Shown piece after piece: positions 60,922-64,000 of a DNA stretch of 64,000 nucleotides; positions within the stretch are counted from its first letter, which is position 1, and each line of letters starts with the position of its first letter. Source of the stretch: Camelus dromedarius (Eukaryota); assembly GCF_036321535.1 (NCBI RefSeq), contig NC_087437.1:120840001-120904000 (forward strand). The letters run 5' to 3'. The translations under genes were made by a program, and so were the position numbers. A model generated the notes under the pieces. The model did no database searches. It saw only the letters and a list, made by a program, of their open reading frames with translations, and was not told the origin of the DNA.

Positions 60922-61249
60922 CTACAAGAAAGGAGAGTAACCCCCGACTTAGGGCCACCAGGAAAAGGGGGTGTCTCCACCTGAAGAAGCCAGCGCTAAG
61001 GGGAGTGCTGACCTAGCGGGCTTCCTGCTGGCGTTCTGTGACTCTTAAGCTACGAGGCTGATGGAGAGAAGGGCTTTCTCTCTCCGATGGGCCCTCGTCT
61101 CTCCCTGGGGTGTCACCCTCCTCCCCTACCTGTGTGACCTGTATTTGGAGCCCACCTAAAGCCCCACACCTGGGGAGGGGCATGGCAGGAAGCGGAGCCT
61201 TCCTGGCTTCCTAAATGTAATCAAATTAATTAATTTTTTTCTCGCTTAA

Positions 61250-61870
61250 TCGCTGGCTTTAAAAAAATCACAGTGAAATTCACAGAACATAAAATTAACC
61301 ATTTTAAAGTGAACAGTTGGGTGGCATTTAGTACACTCATGAGGTCGCGTGGCCATACCATTATCTAACTCTGGAACTTTTTCACCGCCCCAAAGGGAAA
61401 GCCCCTGCCCGCCAGCAGCCCCTCCCCCTCCCCCGGGGACTCCAAGCTACTTTCTGCCTGTTTGGATTTCCCTGTTCTGGACATTTCACAGAAATGGAAT
61501 CACACACCGTGTGGCCTTTGTGTCTGGCTTCTCTCACTGAGTATCACGTTTTCATGGTTTGTCCACCCTGCTATGTGGCCTGTGCCTCACACCTTTTCGT
61601 GGCTTAGACTCCACTGTGTGGGTGGACACGCTGTGTCCATCCCTTCATCCATCCCTGGACACTCGCGTTGTTCCCACCTTTTGGTTACTGAGAACAAGCT
61701 TCAGTGAGCATTCATGTACAAGCGTTTGTCTGAGTCTCGTTTCCAGTGCTCTTGGGTTCACACTTAGGAGTGAGATTGCTGGGCCACGTGCTACCTCTGC
61801 TTAGCTTTCTAAGGAATCAGCAGTTTCCCACAGCGCTGTGCTGTCTCACGTCTCTCTGGCAGCGCACGAG
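61250..61870 (-). mobile_element. L1MB-like 3' end in an ICOSLG intron
   Basis: acataaaattaaccattttaaagtgaaca...gtggcatttagtacactca...ttctggacatttcacagaaatggaatc...ttttgtgtctggcttctctcactgag. Confidence 0.8.
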
Positions 61871-62779
61871 GGAGCCAGTCCTCCTGTCCTAATGTCCAAG
61901 TACTTGGCCCCTTGGAGCGTGGTTCTCACGGGCAGACAAGCAACAGCTTCCTCAGGCAGCTTGTTTCAAATGCCCCGTGTTTCTCCAAACCTGGAGAAGC
62001 CACGAGCCAGACAGTGGCTAGGCCTTCCAGGCACTTTAGAACCATCTAGAAGCTTCTCCACGTGTCCTGATGCCCAGACAGCCCAGAGGTGCCGATTCAG
62101 AGGCTCTGGGCCCAGGGGTGGGTTGACAGGCTTCCCAGTTATCCCACAGAGCAGCGGGGCCAAGACCACAGCCCCAGAAGAGCCTCCCGGTCCCCTTCCC
62201 TTGCCGCCTGGCTGCTCCGCTGGGAGGCAGAGGTCAGAGGCGGGCTTTGGTGCAGCCCAAAGACCGTGACTGCTGAGCCACAGGGCTGCACCCACATTCC
62301 AGGAAAGAGAGTGCCTGGCTGCAGGAGTTGCCGGCAGCTGGGGTGCGTCCTGGCATGTGCCGTGGGTAGGCTGCGGGGCTGCACTTGGTGAGATGCGATG
62401 CCATCACCACCGTGAATTCTGACAGTTTCTGGACAAGGATTTCTGTGTGTCTTTCCATGCTGCACTGGGCCCTGCAGGTTTGTGGCAGGTCCTGATAGCT
62501 CCCTGTCTTCCTCCTGCAGGAGGCAGGCCCATGGGCCCCATCCTGCAGCTCTTCTGCTCTTCCTGGAACCCCGCCCCCATCAACTCAACACTGGTGACAG
62601 GGACACACTGAGAGCCTGTGGCTTCTCCGAGGGAGTCACCCGCCTGCACCCTTCCATGGGGAGGCCTGGGCCAGCAGTCAGGCCCAGCCGGACCCCAACA
62701 CGGGGGTGGGGGCTCCCAGGTTCTTTGGAGCGGGGGGCTGTGCAGGGGGTGGCTTCCACCCTGATGCTGTTCCTGCCTC

Positions 62780-62885
62780 GTTCTGTGACTTCTGAAATGA
62801 TACATGACCTTTCAGAGCCTCAGTCCCTCACCTGTGAGATGGGTCACCAAAACTGAGCCCCGAGAGTGAGGATTAAGTGCCCTGA
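62780..62885. mobile_element. MIR fragment
   Basis: ctgtgact...gacctttcagagcctcagtccctcacctgtgagatggg...gaggattaagtg. Confidence 0.6.
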
Positions 62886-63082
62886 GTGCCCAACAGTTTC
62901 CTGCCCTCAGTCGCCGCGGTAACGCCTGCCTCCCACCTCCTCCCCATTTCAAGCCCCCTTTCTCTTGCTGCCACCGAGCCAGCCTGCGAGGGCTTTTGTC
63001 TTCTGCCTGGGGAGAGCCCCCCAAGCCATTCCCAGCCCACAGCCTCGGGCAGGGGTCAGCGTGCAGACCCGGGGGACCCTAC

Positions 63083-63367
63083 CTGTCCAGCTGCTGACGG
63101 TCAGGTTCTGGTGCAGCAGCACGTTCTCTATGCAGCAGCCCACGTTCACGCTGGGCGTCCGCCCGAGCCTCAGGATGCTGACCACGTCATACAGGCCCCG
63201 CTCGTTCAAGGACACGGTGCTGTTCTGCAGGGCCAGGTCCAGCAGGCTGTTGTCTGTCCTGTTGATCCAGTACACGTTCGGCCTCGGGTAGCCATTTGTG
63301 GACGTGCACGTGAGGGTGAACTCCTCATCCTGGGACGGGCCGCTGACCACAGGCATGCTGTAGTTCG
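63083..63367 (-). CDS. ICOSLG: ICOSLG (ICOS ligand, B7-H2/CD275) IgC domain exon. The IgV and signal-peptide exons lie beyond the right end.
   Basis: ttttccttcttggcag | [95 protein letters not shown] | gtaggg. 285 nt, phase 1-1. B7-family IgC with Cys pair, GYPRP motif and four N-glycosylation sequons (NYS, NRT, NST, NLT). Confidence 0.97.
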
Positions 63368-64000
63368 CTGCCAAGAAGGAAAACGGGCTGAGGGTCAGAA
63401 GCGGAGGGGTGCATGGCGCCCAGGGCCGGGTTAGAGGGAGGCGGCAGTCACACCCTGACCCCGGAGGAGTAGGGGACCAAGGCCACTCGGTCTGGGGAGC
63501 CGCACAGGTCCTGCTCTGCCCAAGAGTCGACCTTCCCGCCCACGGGGGCGCTGCTGAGCCCAGCAGGCGGTGACTGGCACCCACTTCCTGCCCCAAGGAG
63601 GTTGGCCTCCCTGGAGTCCAGTGACAGAGAGCTGGCAGTTCACCTGAAACAGACACAGCCCGTCTCCCCAGAACTATGCCCTGAGCAACTCCGAGGAGAG
63701 GCTCTAACTGTATTCCTAAATTCTGATCTCATTTAGTGCCTTATAGTCCTCCCTCTTCATTTCATTAAAAAAATCTAGTGGGAGTTGAGCTGGAGAGCTC
63801 AAGGCAAAGGCAGTGAGATTGGGGGCCGCGTGCGAAAGCAGCTCACGGAGAACCTCCTCATGAGCCGAATGGTCTTCCAGCCACTTCGGCTTTGCGCGGG
63901 TAAACAGGCGCCCGCCACAGGCATGGGGGTGCTCTTTACGGGAAGACACAGCTGAGCGGCCTACAGAAAATGGGTCTTACTGGTACTTCTTCAGGGACAT

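Noticed and set aside
62949..63656. ORFs 62949..63656, 60485..60958, 59331..59996 and 2220..2570 as standalone genes
   Set aside because: Each is a real exon extended into intron. Homology is confined between the splice sites.

Overview
GC-rich mammalian genomic DNA, very probably camelid because it carries three Vic-1-like tRNA-derived SINEs. It corresponds to the GATD3 (C21orf33/ES1)–ICOSLG interval, syntenic to human 21q22.3. The left end has the last two coding exons of GATD3 (+), separated by a rare U12-type AT-AC intron, followed by a poly(A) signal. The right end has the last four coding exons of ICOSLG (−): IgC domain, stalk plus transmembrane, a 36-nt tail exon and the terminal EHV-stop exon. 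The two genes are convergent. The ~50 kb between them looks non-coding: old L1M, MaLR, MLT2 and MIR remnants, two ERV-type LTRs, three minisatellites, CpG-rich patches and several NF-kB/STAT/ETS motif clusters that are candidate ICOSLG enhancers. Almost all ORFs in the supplied track are chance open frames in GC-rich DNA. Repeat family names and human comparisons are recalled from memory, not searched. I found no evidence for a new multi-gene system; the best leads are splicing, regulatory and repeat features.
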